DNA of 64,000 nucleotides from an uncultured Gammaproteobacteria bacterium (GTDB taxonomy: Bacteria > Patescibacteriota > Microgenomatia > Daviesbacterales > UBA10151). The stretch covers positions 40,718 to 104,717 of the forward strand of contig CAZFYQ010000001.1 in assembly GCA_964523905.1 (NCBI GenBank). Direction: 5' to 3'. The notes under the pieces were generated by a model that searched no databases, had not been told where the DNA came from, and saw only the letters and a program-made list of their open reading frames with translations. Of the stretch, positions 37,398-46,966 are shown piece by piece (position 1 is the stretch's first letter; each line of letters begins with the position of its first letter). A program made the translations under genes and the position numbers.

Positions 37398-39183
37398 TTC
37401 TACTAGCGCGAAGAGCATTGATAATCACTGCTACATCAATGCCTTCCTGTAGGATGGCGCCATAAATTGGGGGGATTAGGCCAAAGGAGGCAAAGACCAT
37501 GGCGATCACACTGACCCCAATTCCAGCTAAGATACTTTGAATAGCAATGCCCACAGTTTGTTTGGAAATATTGATGATGTCAGAAACTAACTGAAAATTT
37601 CCTCCCAGGAAAACGATATCCGCTGCTTCTGAGGCGGCTGTTTGTTCTTCATGAGAAAAAACTAGTCCGGCATCTGCCAAAGCCAAAGCTGGAGCATCAT
37701 TTATACCATCTCCAATCATGGCAATGGCCTTGTTTTCCTGTTGCAGTTTACGGATGCCAATTTGTTTATCCTGTGGAGTGCAATTAGCCTGTAAACAAAT
37801 TCGGGAGTCCAGCTGTTCAATGACCTTTTCCGCTGCTCCCAGCTTATCTCCCGTATAGATGAAGATTTCATAACCCTGCGAAAGCAAGTTTTTTATTACC
37901 GCCTGAGAGTCTTCCTTAATTTGATCTTCAAAGTAAAAATTGGCCAGTTGTTTTTGGTCTTTAAACAAAGCAATGGCCATACCAGTATCCAGTGGCAATT
38001 TACTAAGATGATAAACTGTGCCGGAAACTTTACCACTAATTCCTTTGCCCACCTCTTCTTTAATATCCTCAGCCGGCAGCTTCGGGGTTTTGTTTTGCGT
38101 AGCAAAGTCCACTACTGCCTTGGCCAAAGGATGCAAAGAATTTCTTTCAATGGCCTGGGCAATTTCCAGAACTTTTTTCTGAGAATAGTTTTTATCCAAG
38201 ATTTCCAGTTTGGTAACTATTGGTAGACCCAGGGTTATGGTGCCGGTTTTATCAAAAATAATTGCTTTGACTTTAGATAAGGCCTCCAAGGAAGAGAGTC
38301 TTTTGACAATGATACTTTTTTTAGCAGAGGCATTGACGCCACCTAAAAGGGCTATCGGGGTAGCCAAAATTAACGGGCAAGGGGTGGCTACCACCAAAAC
38401 TGCCAATACTGTCACAATATTATGACTATAAAACCAGGCAAACGTAGCAATAAAAATAGTCAGAATGGTAAAAATCGTGCTGTAGCGATTGGCCAAGCGG
38501 ATTAAAGGAGCTTTTTCCTGCTGGGCCTGTTTGACCATTTCAATAATTTTATGATAAGTGGAGTTTAGTTCTGTTTTTGTAACCTCCAACACCATCGGGT
38601 CACCAACATTAACTGTTCCAGATCGTAAAAGATCGCCTTTAATTTTTTCCGAAGTATAAGGTTCTCCGGTTAAAGAGGATTCATCAGCTAAACCAGTGCG
38701 GGATTTTAAAATTCCATCCAAAGGAATCACTTCACCTCTTCGGATCACAATTTCCTGGCCGATTTTGATGTTTTCAATGTGAGCTTTTTCTGCGGGCTGA
38801 TTATTTTGCCAAAGGGTGACAAGACTGGGAATGCGGTCTGCTAATTTGGTTAAATTACTTTTAGCCGAGTTGATACCGTATTCTTCTAAGGTCCTTCCGG
38901 AAGACAGCATTAAGGCAATAATTGAGGCTACTAAGTAATCTCCGGTAATAAAAGCCACTGAAATTGCTAACATTGCTACATAATCCAAGGCAAATTGTTT
39001 TCTTTGAATTTCCTGGTAACTATCTACTACCAGCTGGTAAGAGCCAAGCAAAATAGTAACAATGATTAAAGGCAGGGATAAGGAATTTAGCTTAAAGATG
39101 TTTAAAATCAAATAAACAATGATTCCGGAAAGCACTAGCAGAGGAATTTTAAAAGCTTTAATAAGGGAAAAAGAAATGAGCAT
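37390..39183 (-). CDS. P1B-type heavy-metal ATPase with T-P-C-P membrane motif (P1B-5-like), no N-terminal metal-binding domain
   Basis: DKTGTIT, TGD, GDGINDAPAL and HP loop (NSLHPLA); TM motif VATPCPLILATP (PCP codons at 38374-38382). Confidence 0.75.
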   Translation of the reverse strand: MLISFSLIKAFKIPLLVLSGIIVYLILNIFKLNSLSLPLIIVTILLGSYQLVVDSYQEIQRKQFALDYVAMLAISVAFITGDYLVASIIALMLSSGRTLEEYGINSAKSNLTKLADRIPSLVTLWQNNQPAEKAHIENIKIGQEIVIRRGEVIPLDGILKSRTGLADESSLTGEPYTSEKIKGDLLRSGTVNVGDPMVLEVTKTELNSTYHKIIEMVKQAQQEKAPLIRLANRYSTIFTILTIFIATFAWFYSHNIVTVLAVLVVATPCPLILATPIALLGGVNASAKKSIIVKRLSSLEALSKVKAIIFDKTGTITLGLPIVTKLEILDKNYSQKKVLEIAQAIERNSLHPLAKAVVDFATQNKTPKLPAEDIKEEVGKGISGKVSGTVYHLSKLPLDTGMAIALFKDQKQLANFYFEDQIKEDSQAVIKNLLSQGYEIFIYTGDKLGAAEKVIEQLDSRICLQANCTPQDKQIGIRKLQQENKAIAMIGDGINDAPALALADAGLVFSHEEQTAASEAADIVFLGGNFQLVSDIINISKQTVGIAIQSILAGIGVSVIAMVFASFGLIPPIYGAILQEGIDVAVIINALRASRIN

Positions 39184-39238
39184 AGGTAAATTGTAACTTT
39201 TAATTGAGTTTTAGACAATCTATGCTTAATATATAAGT

Positions 39239-41173
39239 ATGCCCAAAAAGCTGACTGATTATATTAAAAGCTTTTTATTGATGCTGGGTTTGGCAGCAGC
39301 TTATTATTTTTCTGCCAAGCTGGGTTTGAAATTCGCATTTGTTAATGCCTCGACAACGGCGCTTTGGCCGCCCACCGGAATTACTTTGGCGGCTTTTTTA
39401 ATTTTTGGTTTTAGAATATGGCCGGCTATCTTTTTGGGAGCTTTTTTAGCTAATTTAACCACTGCCGGAACTATTGTTACATCTTTAGGAATTGCGGTCG
39501 GTAATACTTTGGAAGGAGTGGTGGGAGCTTATTTGGTAAATAAATATGCCAATGGCAGATATGCCTTTGATGAAATGCTGGATATTTTTAAATTTACCCT
39601 GCTGGCAGCTTTTTTAAGTACTGCAGTAAGCGCCATTATTGGTGTAGCCACTTTGGCTTTGGGTGGATTTGTCAACTGGAATGAATTCGGTTCGGTCTGG
39701 TTAACCTGGTGGTTAGGGGATATGGGTGGAGATTTGGTAATTGCCCCTTTGATTTTGGTGTGGTGGAATAATCCGCGAGTAAGTTGGGATTATTTAAAAC
39801 TGCTCAATCTGGGGCTGTCTTTTTTAACTTTTTTTGCCATTATCGGTATTGTTTTTAGCGGTATCCTGCCCTATGCCTATTTATGTTTGCCAATTGCCGT
39901 GTGGGTGGCTTTTTGGTTTGGTCAAAAAGGGGCCACTGTCTCCACTATTTTAGTGGCGGTCGTTGCAATACTGTTTACTCTGGCACACCTTGGGCCTTTT
40001 GCCAATGCTCCTGATCTTAACCATTCTTTGATTTTAGTGCAGCTTTTTTTGGGAATTTTTTCTTTAACCGGGGTGATTTTTGCCGGCGCGATCTTAAAAA
40101 TTAAAAAAGGTGAAAGTGCCTTAAGTTCTCACGAAGAAAGGTTTAAGGCCTTAATTGAAAATAGTTTTGATGCTGTGGTATTAATTGATCCGGCAGCGAA
40201 AATTTTATATGCCAGCCCTTCAGTTAAACGAATTCTTGGTTACAGTCCGGAAGAAATTGAAGGTACCAATGGGTTTGAATTAGTATTTCCCGAGGACCGT
40301 GGAAGTACCATGAAAGAGTTGGCCAAGTTGCTCCTTAAGCCAGGTGGTAGTATTAGTATCGAGTATCGGACTATTCGTAAAGATCAGCAGGTAATTTGGG
40401 TAGAGGTGACCGGCACTAATCTGTTGCTGGAGCCTAATGTTGGAGCAGTGGTAGTTAATTTCCGTGATGTGACCAAGGAAAAACAAATTGACCAAGCTAA
40501 AACCGAATTTGTCTCTTTGGCTTCTCATCAGCTAAGAACACCTTTGACTACTGTTAAATGGTATGCCGAAATGCTTTTGGGGAACCAAATCGGTTCATTA
40601 ACGCCTAAACAAAAAGAGTATTTAAATGAAGTATACGGTAGTAACCAGAGGATGATTAATCTGGTCAATGATTTGCTGGATGTGTCCCGAATTGATATGG
40701 GAACTTTTTTTGCTGAGTCGGAGCAGATTGATTTAAAAGAGCTGGTGGAAAATATTTTAAAAGACTACAAACCGCAAATTAGCAGTAAAAAATTAGAGAT
40801 TAATAAAACTTTTGATGGGTCGAGTAAGATTAAAATTGATTCGCGAATGTGTCGGATCATTCTACAAAATCTACTATCTAATGCCATTAAATATACCCTT
40901 GCAGGAGGAAAAATAGATTTAAAGCTGAATACCAGCAGTAATAATTTATCTATTAAGATAACTGATAACGGTATGGGTATTCCAGCAGATGCCCAAGGTA
41001 AAATCTTTACAAAATTTTTTAGGGCTGCTAATGTTAAAGAAGTTGATACTAGAGGGACTGGCTTAGGACTTTATCTGGTCAAGTCACTAGTGGAAAAGGC
41101 AGGAGGAAAATTGGAATTTAGGTCAAAGGAAAACCAGGGTACTACTTTTGAGATCACTGTGCCTTTGAAATAA
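39239..41173 (+). CDS. sensor histidine kinase: polytopic (MASE1-like) membrane domain + PAS + HisKA + HATPase_c
   Basis: About eight TMs, PAS-like segment, H-box ASHQLRTPLT, N/G boxes (LSNAIKYT; DNGMGIP; GTGLGL). Confidence 0.85.
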   Translation: MPKKLTDYIKSFLLMLGLAAAYYFSAKLGLKFAFVNASTTALWPPTGITLAAFLIFGFRIWPAIFLGAFLANLTTAGTIVTSLGIAVGNTLEGVVGAYLVNKYANGRYAFDEMLDIFKFTLLAAFLSTAVSAIIGVATLALGGFVNWNEFGSVWLTWWLGDMGGDLVIAPLILVWWNNPRVSWDYLKLLNLGLSFLTFFAIIGIVFSGILPYAYLCLPIAVWVAFWFGQKGATVSTILVAVVAILFTLAHLGPFANAPDLNHSLILVQLFLGIFSLTGVIFAGAILKIKKGESALSSHEERFKALIENSFDAVVLIDPAAKILYASPSVKRILGYSPEEIEGTNGFELVFPEDRGSTMKELAKLLLKPGGSISIEYRTIRKDQQVIWVEVTGTNLLLEPNVGAVVVNFRDVTKEKQIDQAKTEFVSLASHQLRTPLTTVKWYAEMLLGNQIGSLTPKQKEYLNEVYGSNQRMINLVNDLLDVSRIDMGTFFAESEQIDLKELVENILKDYKPQISSKKLEINKTFDGSSKIKIDSRMCRIILQNLLSNAIKYTLAGGKIDLKLNTSSNNLSIKITDNGMGIPADAQGKIFTKFFRAANVKEVDTRGTGLGLYLVKSLVEKAGGKLEFRSKENQGTTFEITVPLK

Positions 41174-41174
41174 T

Positions 41175-41540
41175 ATGAAGAAAATATTAATCGTTGAAGA
41201 TGAACTGCCTTTATTAAGTGTTTTAACAGACCGCTTTACCCAAGCCGAATTTTTGGTTTTACAAGCTAAAGACGGGGCAGAAGGATATAAACAAGCCATG
41301 GAGGCTCAGCCAGACCTCATCTTGCTGGATATATTGTTGCCTTTAATTGATGGTTTAGATGTACTAGAAAAAATTAGAAAAAATCCCAGCACTAAAGATA
41401 TCCCGGTGATTATACTGACTAATATTAATGATCCTGCCACAGTTAATGCGGCCTTGAAAGCTGGGGTGTACGATTTTTTTGTTAAAAGTGATTCTAAGTT
41501 GGATGATTTAGTTAAAAAAGTTAAAGAAAAACTGGGATAA
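41175..41540 (+). CDS. single-domain response regulator (CheY-like receiver)
   Basis: KILIVEDE .. ILLDILLP .. K in a receiver fold; 121 aa. Confidence 0.8.
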   Translation: MKKILIVEDELPLLSVLTDRFTQAEFLVLQAKDGAEGYKQAMEAQPDLILLDILLPLIDGLDVLEKIRKNPSTKDIPVIILTNINDPATVNAALKAGVYDFFVKSDSKLDDLVKKVKEKLG

Positions 41541-41546
41541 ACTTTT

Positions 41547-41927
41547 ATGGATCTGCCAAAAAAGACTGTCTTAATAGTAGAGGATGAGGAAGCCTTACTG
41601 CGGGTTTTAACTGATGGGTTAGAAGCTGCCGGGCTAAATATTTTAACAGCTAAAGATGGTCAGCAAGGACTTAGCGTTGCCTCAGAAGAATCTGTAGATT
41701 TAATTTTACTGGATATTGTAATGCCAAATATGGATGGTATGGAAATGTTAAGAAGATTAAAAAATACAGAAGCGACTAAAAAAATTCCGGTGATATTACT
41801 AACTAATATTGGTGATACTGATAAAATTCTCGAGGCCAAGGAGTTGGAGGCAGAGGATTATTTAATCAAATCCAATTTTAAAATTGATGAGGTCATAAAA
41901 CTTATCAAAGAAAAGCTGGGCTTTTGA
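41547..41927 (+). CDS. single-domain response regulator (CheY-like receiver)
   Basis: TVLIVEDEE .. ILLDIVMPNMDG; 126 aa. Confidence 0.8.
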   Translation: MDLPKKTVLIVEDEEALLRVLTDGLEAAGLNILTAKDGQQGLSVASEESVDLILLDIVMPNMDGMEMLRRLKNTEATKKIPVILLTNIGDTDKILEAKELEAEDYLIKSNFKIDEVIKLIKEKLGF

Positions 41928-41966
41928 TAAGTAGTATGTATAATTAATAAGGAGGTGATTTTTTAA

Positions 41967-42131
41967 AATGATGGGTTATCAATATTGGGGAGGACAGGGT
42001 GCTCCTGTGATGATGAATTCCGGTATGGGTGGATTTGGCGGAGCCTCTGGCTTAGGTACTATAATTGCCTTTGTGGTGTTAATTGATTTGGTGCTGCTGG
42101 CAATTTGGCTGGGACAACAAATTAAAAAATA
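41967..42131 (+). CDS. small Met/Gly-rich membrane peptide (54 aa), below the ORF-track size cutoff
   Basis: RBS AAGGAGGTGA; MMGYQYWGGQGAPVMMNSGMGGFGGASG followed by one TM; its stop codon abuts the ATPase start. Confidence 0.4.
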
Positions 42132-44219
42132 GTGATAATGCATAGTCACGGTAATCACAAAATGTCCTGGTGGGATAAATTTAAGATGAGTATGACCATG
42201 ACTATGGGTATGGATCATACGGGTTTGGCCGGACGTGAGATGGCCAGACTAATGGAAGAAGATATCCGTAATAAGTTTTTCTTTTCTTTAATTTTAACTC
42301 TGCCGATTTTAGCCTATACCATGGGGGAGGCGATTTTTGGCTGGATGTTGCCCAGCCCAATTCCTAAACCCTGGTTGCTGTTTTTATTAACCACTCCGGT
42401 ATTTTTTTACGGCGGCTGGTTGTTTTTATACTCCGCCTTCTTTGAATTAAAAACCAGAAATTTAGGCATGTCGGTTTTGATTGCTGTGGGAATTTCTGCG
42501 GCCTATTTATTTAGTTTAGCGTTAACTTTTTTGGGCAGCCAGGAATCTTTTTATGAAGCCTCGGCGATGTTAATTACCTTTGTATTATTTGGCCATTGGA
42601 TGGAGATGAAATCTCGTCGGGGAACTACTGATGCTTTGCAGGCTTTGTTTAATCTGGTGCCGCCTCAGGCTAGAGTAATCCGCAGTGGTAATGAACAAAT
42701 TATTCCCACGGCAGATGTAAAAGTCGGGGATTTATTACTATTAAAACCCGGAGATAAAGTGCCGGTTGATGGGGAAATTATTAATGGTGAAACTGCCATT
42801 GACGAGTCGCTGGTAACCGGAGAATCAATTCCAGTGGTTAAAAAAATCGGTGATGCGGTGACTGGTGGATCAATTAATATCTCCGGCTCAGTAGAATTTA
42901 AAGCTACCAAAGTGGGCAAAGATACTGCACTGGCCCAAATTGTTAAAATGGTAGAAACTGCTCAGAACTCTAAGGCGCCTGGCCAAAAACTAGCAGATCG
43001 GTTTGCTAAATACCTGGTGATAGTGGCTGTAGGCGGAGGCTTGGTGACTTTTACGGTCTGGTTTTTTGTGCTGGGACAGCCTTTACTGTTTGCCTTAACC
43101 TTTGCCATTTCCGCCGTAGTAATTGCCTGTCCGGATGCTTTGGGTCTGGCCACTCCCACAGCAGTGGCAGTCGGAACCGGATTGGGAGCCAAGCATAATA
43201 TTTTAATAAAAGACGCTCCAACCTTAGAACAGGTTTCCAAAATTCAGGTGGTGGTATTTGATAAAACCGGTACTTTAACCGAGGGTAAGCCAATAGTGAC
43301 AGATATTGTGGCAGCAGCTGGTTATTCGGTAAACGAGGTCCTAAGACTGGTAGCAACTGTGGAGGCTAAATCATCGCATCCCTTAGCCGGTGCAGTGTTG
43401 GAAGAGCTGAAACGAAAAAGGCTGGTGATGGAAACTGGCCTGGAGCTGTTTGAGAATTTATCCGGGCTAGGAGTAAAAGCTGTGATTAATAAGCAAACAG
43501 TGCTAGTTGGTACCATGAAGTTAATGCAGCAAAATAAAATTGGGATTACTAATGCTTTGCAAACTAACATTAATAAATTTTTGGCAAATGGGGATACCAT
43601 CATGATTCTAGCAGTAGATGGAGCAGCTATGGGAGTGATTGGGGCTGCTGATCCAATTAAACCAACAGCGGCAAAAGCAATGGAAAGGTTGAAACAACTG
43701 GAGATAGAAGTGGCGATGATTACCGGTGATAATCAGTCAACCGCAGAGAGTGTAGCAAAAAAACTTGGCATTCAAAGAGTATTTGCTGAAGTAATGCCAG
43801 GAGAAAAATCGCAGTATATAAAAAAGCTACAACAAGAAGGGCAGTTTGTGGCGATGGTGGGAGATGGGGTAAATGATGCTCCGGCTTTGGCTCAGGCAGA
43901 TATTGGTATTGCAATTGGGGCGGGTACTGATGTGGCCATTGAAACAGCGAAAGTAGTGCTAATGAAATCTGATCCGGCTGATGTTTTACGGGCAATTAAA
44001 CTTTCCAAAGCAACTGTGTTAAAGATGAAACAGAATTTATTTTGGGCCTCGATTTATAATTTACTGGCGATTCCGGTGGCGGCCGGTGTATTGTATCCAA
44101 ATTTTGGTATTTTCCTGCGGCCGGAAATCTCAGCACTTTTGATGAGCTTATCCTCCATTATAGTGGCGGTAAATGCAGTGTCCCTGAAGCTAACTGAAAA
44201 GGATTTAGCCAAAATTTAA
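42132..44219 (+). CDS. P1B-type heavy-metal ATPase with His/Met-rich N-terminus and atypical C-P-D membrane motif
   Basis: N-terminus MIMHSHGNHKMSWWDKFKMSMTMTMGMDH; DKTGTLT, SSHPLA, GDGVNDAPAL; TM6 motif IACPDALGLATP (43128-43136). Confidence 0.8.
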   Translation: MIMHSHGNHKMSWWDKFKMSMTMTMGMDHTGLAGREMARLMEEDIRNKFFFSLILTLPILAYTMGEAIFGWMLPSPIPKPWLLFLLTTPVFFYGGWLFLYSAFFELKTRNLGMSVLIAVGISAAYLFSLALTFLGSQESFYEASAMLITFVLFGHWMEMKSRRGTTDALQALFNLVPPQARVIRSGNEQIIPTADVKVGDLLLLKPGDKVPVDGEIINGETAIDESLVTGESIPVVKKIGDAVTGGSINISGSVEFKATKVGKDTALAQIVKMVETAQNSKAPGQKLADRFAKYLVIVAVGGGLVTFTVWFFVLGQPLLFALTFAISAVVIACPDALGLATPTAVAVGTGLGAKHNILIKDAPTLEQVSKIQVVVFDKTGTLTEGKPIVTDIVAAAGYSVNEVLRLVATVEAKSSHPLAGAVLEELKRKRLVMETGLELFENLSGLGVKAVINKQTVLVGTMKLMQQNKIGITNALQTNINKFLANGDTIMILAVDGAAMGVIGAADPIKPTAAKAMERLKQLEIEVAMITGDNQSTAESVAKKLGIQRVFAEVMPGEKSQYIKKLQQEGQFVAMVGDGVNDAPALAQADIGIAIGAGTDVAIETAKVVLMKSDPADVLRAIKLSKATVLKMKQNLFWASIYNLLAIPVAAGVLYPNFGIFLRPEISALLMSLSSIIVAVNAVSLKLTEKDLAKI

Positions 44220-44260
44220 CTCCTTGACAGCAACCATTAATATTTGTAATACTAAAAACA

Positions 44261-44818
44261 ATGTCAAATTTAACTGATGATTTAAAAAATGCCTTGTCCT
44301 CTGTAGTTTCCGGAACCGGTGATGTGGTGGCAGTTACCAGAGATGTAGTTAAAGATAATGTGGTTAATACTCTTAAAGCCGGTGGAGAAGTTGCTAACTC
44401 ATCTGTGGATATTATCGGCAGTGTTGTTTCAGAGGGAGTATCAGTGGCATCTGGTGCCGGAGTGTCTGCAACACAGGCAGTGACAGGCCTAGTAACAGGA
44501 GCAATTGAAGGAGTAAAAGAAGTGGGTGGAGATGTTGGCAAAACTGCTGAAGAGGCAGCGCGTAGTGCAGTTAAAGGGGCTGGAGAAGTTGGTACTGATG
44601 TAGGAGAGGCTGCAGTTTCAGCTGTAGAAGGAGCTATTCATGCTGCCGAGACTATTGGAGGAGATTCTGGTCAGTTAGCTAAAAATGCTGTTATGGGAAC
44701 GCTTAAGGCGGCTGATGAAATTGGATCAGAAGCCGGGTCCCTGGTTAGAAAAGCCTTACTTAATGCAGTATCTTTGCCTCATGATATTATTGATACCCTT
44801 TTAACCGGCAATAGTTAA
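44261..44818 (+). CDS. low-complexity Ala/Gly/Val/Glu-rich repetitive protein
   Basis: 185 aa with degenerate ~20-aa periodicity (V.GAGEVG.DVG.AA.SAV.GA), amphipathic. Confidence 0.5.
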   Translation: MSNLTDDLKNALSSVVSGTGDVVAVTRDVVKDNVVNTLKAGGEVANSSVDIIGSVVSEGVSVASGAGVSATQAVTGLVTGAIEGVKEVGGDVGKTAEEAARSAVKGAGEVGTDVGEAAVSAVEGAIHAAETIGGDSGQLAKNAVMGTLKAADEIGSEAGSLVRKALLNAVSLPHDIIDTLLTGNS

Positions 44819-45216
44819 GGTTGGAGGATGCCGACAATGTTGCCTTCAGTGTCTTTAAAGGAAATATATTTACCAACATTTGGAATATCCATAATTTCGC
44901 CTTTAACTTCACCGCCAGCGGCTTTGACATCTTCAATACTTTTATTTAAATCTTCAACAGAAATTACTAAGTGAGGAGCGTTATATCCTTCTTCATCTTT
45001 GTATTCAAAAAATCCGCCATTAATGTTTCCGGGAGTTTTAACCATGCCCTCAGTATCAGTTTCTGTGGTTTGGGCCATTAAATAATCACCCATTTCCGGT
45101 CCCATTTGTTTCATACCCCAACCAAATACTTTGGAATAGAAATCGCTGGCGCGCTTTCTGTCTTTGGCAGGCATTTCAAAATGAACAACCGGATTTTGCA
45201 TTAATCTTTTATACAA
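44815..45216 (-). CDS. VOC-family (glyoxalase/bleomycin-resistance fold) protein
   Basis: 133 aa with paired beta-alpha-beta-beta-beta modules (VHFEMPAKD...; ...HLVISVEDL). Confidence 0.6.
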   Translation of the reverse strand: MYKRLMQNPVVHFEMPAKDRKRASDFYSKVFGWGMKQMGPEMGDYLMAQTTETDTEGMVKTPGNINGGFFEYKDEEGYNAPHLVISVEDLNKSIEDVKAAGGEVKGEIMDIPNVGKYISFKDTEGNIVGILQP

Positions 45217-45219
45217 TAG

Positions 45220-46251
45220 TTATGAATATTTTTCAAGTAGGGTTAAGACTTTGACTTCACTTTGGGAAAGTAATGGGATGGTTCTGGTAACTCTTTGAAA
45301 ATGGGGGATCAGCAGGTTTTTGGAATAGGTGCTGATAATCGTTGGATGAATATAATATTTCTGGGCAACTGAAGGAGTATTGCGCAAATGTTTGGCCACT
45401 TCTTTGATAGTTTGTTTAATATACTGTTTTTCTTTTTCTGCCTCGGCTTTGCCTAAGGAATTTAAGTTGGAAGCTGCTAAAACTGTGGCGCCCCAGGTGC
45501 GAAATTCCTTGGCAGTGATTTCTTCACCGGAAAGCTCTTGCAAAAATGCATTAACATCCCCGGAATCAATAGTTTCTCTTTGGCCATCCGCATCAATACA
45601 TTTAAATAATTCATAACCCGGTAGTTCAATGCATTGTTTAATGGTTTTGGCCACACTGGGATGGGAAATAGATACCAAATGATTAACTCCGGATTTACCA
45701 ACAAATTCAAATTTAATCTGGCTGCCACGGACACTAACATGACGGTTACGGAGAGTGGTCAGGCCAAAAGACTGATTATCTTTGGCATATTCATCGTTGC
45801 CGATTCTAATAAAAGTATGTTCCAACAGCCAAACAATGGTGGAAAGCACTTTTTCCTTGGATAATTTGGCTTTTTTAAGATTCGACAAATTATTTTGACG
45901 GATTTTGGGCAGCAGTTTGCCAAAATCAACCAGTTTACTAAATTTATCTTCATTACATAAAGCCAACCAGTCAGGATGATATAAATATTGTTTGCGTCCT
46001 TTGTCATCTATTCCAGTGGCCTGCAAATGGGAATTTTCCAAAGGTGAAATCCAAACCTCTTTCCAGGCCGGGGGAATAACCAAAGCTTTAATTCTTTCCA
46101 AGACATTTTGGTTTGCCACCACATGTCCACTATGATCAAGATATTTAAATTCTCTTCCGTGTTTAACCCGTTTAATCCCCGGGCCAGCATCAGAAATATA
46201 GCGCAGGTGAATTTTTTTAGCCTGTTTAATTAAATCTTCATCAGCCAGCAT
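45220..46251 (-). CDS. DNA topoisomerase IB (poxvirus-type, bacterial TopIB)
   Basis: 343 aa; N-terminal LRYISDAGPGIKRVKHG; C-terminal NTPSVAQKYYIHP resembles the NTPAVCRKCYVHP active-site-Tyr motif of bacterial TopIB. Confidence 0.7.
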   Translation of the reverse strand: MLADEDLIKQAKKIHLRYISDAGPGIKRVKHGREFKYLDHSGHVVANQNVLERIKALVIPPAWKEVWISPLENSHLQATGIDDKGRKQYLYHPDWLALCNEDKFSKLVDFGKLLPKIRQNNLSNLKKAKLSKEKVLSTIVWLLEHTFIRIGNDEYAKDNQSFGLTTLRNRHVSVRGSQIKFEFVGKSGVNHLVSISHPSVAKTIKQCIELPGYELFKCIDADGQRETIDSGDVNAFLQELSGEEITAKEFRTWGATVLAASNLNSLGKAEAEKEKQYIKQTIKEVAKHLRNTPSVAQKYYIHPTIISTYSKNLLIPHFQRVTRTIPLLSQSEVKVLTLLEKYS

Positions 46252-46360
46252 AATATAACAATAGCATATTAACTTATCTTCTATTTTTCCAAAAAAAGAC
46301 TAAACTTAAATAGTGATCAGGATCATTGAGTAACGTTAGTAAAGATGCTAATAATTAGCT

Positions 46361-46876
46361 ATGAAAATATTAGTGGTTTACCAAAGCAAATATGGTAGCA
46401 CCAGACAGTATGCCGAGTGGATTGCCCAAAAACTAAAAGCAGACCTGGTTCATTTAAATGATCTTGACCCTAAAACTTTGCCAAATTATGAAACAGTTAT
46501 TTTTGGTACTTATTTGCATATTGGAAAACTGGTCGATGCCATATTTTTAATTCAAAACTGGGAGGTTTTAAAACATAAACAGCTGATTTTATTTACTGTT
46601 TCCGGAGCTAAACCAGGTCTTAGTGAATTAACTAAGTATTATGAAAATAGTGTGCCAGGTTACATTAGGGAAAAGATTAAGTATTTCCAGTTTTGGGGAA
46701 GAGTCAAAAATTTGGACTTCACAGATTCCCTGTTAATCCAGTTTCCTAAATTGGCATTTAAAATTGGGGCTATGAAAGGTAAAAAAGAGGATTTGGAAAG
46801 ATTAAAAACATTCGATGTTGATCATGTCAGTCAGGATTTTATAACCCCGCTGATTAATTTTGTTAATCCGGCCTAA
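46361..46876 (+). CDS. flavodoxin-like domain protein
   Basis: MKILVVYQSKYGSTRQYAEWIA flavodoxin N-terminal signature; 171 aa. Confidence 0.6.
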   Translation: MKILVVYQSKYGSTRQYAEWIAQKLKADLVHLNDLDPKTLPNYETVIFGTYLHIGKLVDAIFLIQNWEVLKHKQLILFTVSGAKPGLSELTKYYENSVPGYIREKIKYFQFWGRVKNLDFTDSLLIQFPKLAFKIGAMKGKKEDLERLKTFDVDHVSQDFITPLINFVNPA

Positions 46877-46966
46877 TTTCCTGCAATATTCTTACAAAAT
46901 ATTTACTTTTAGTTAACTAGCAATTTGTATGGTGGATGAGTATAATTTTTAAAGGAGGTGAAGTAA

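Noticed and set aside
42665-43995. Several 84-101-aa minus-strand ORFs (42665-42919, 42962-43240, 43051-43356, 43322-43603, 43720-43995)
   Set aside because: Antisense to the well-supported P-type ATPase gene.
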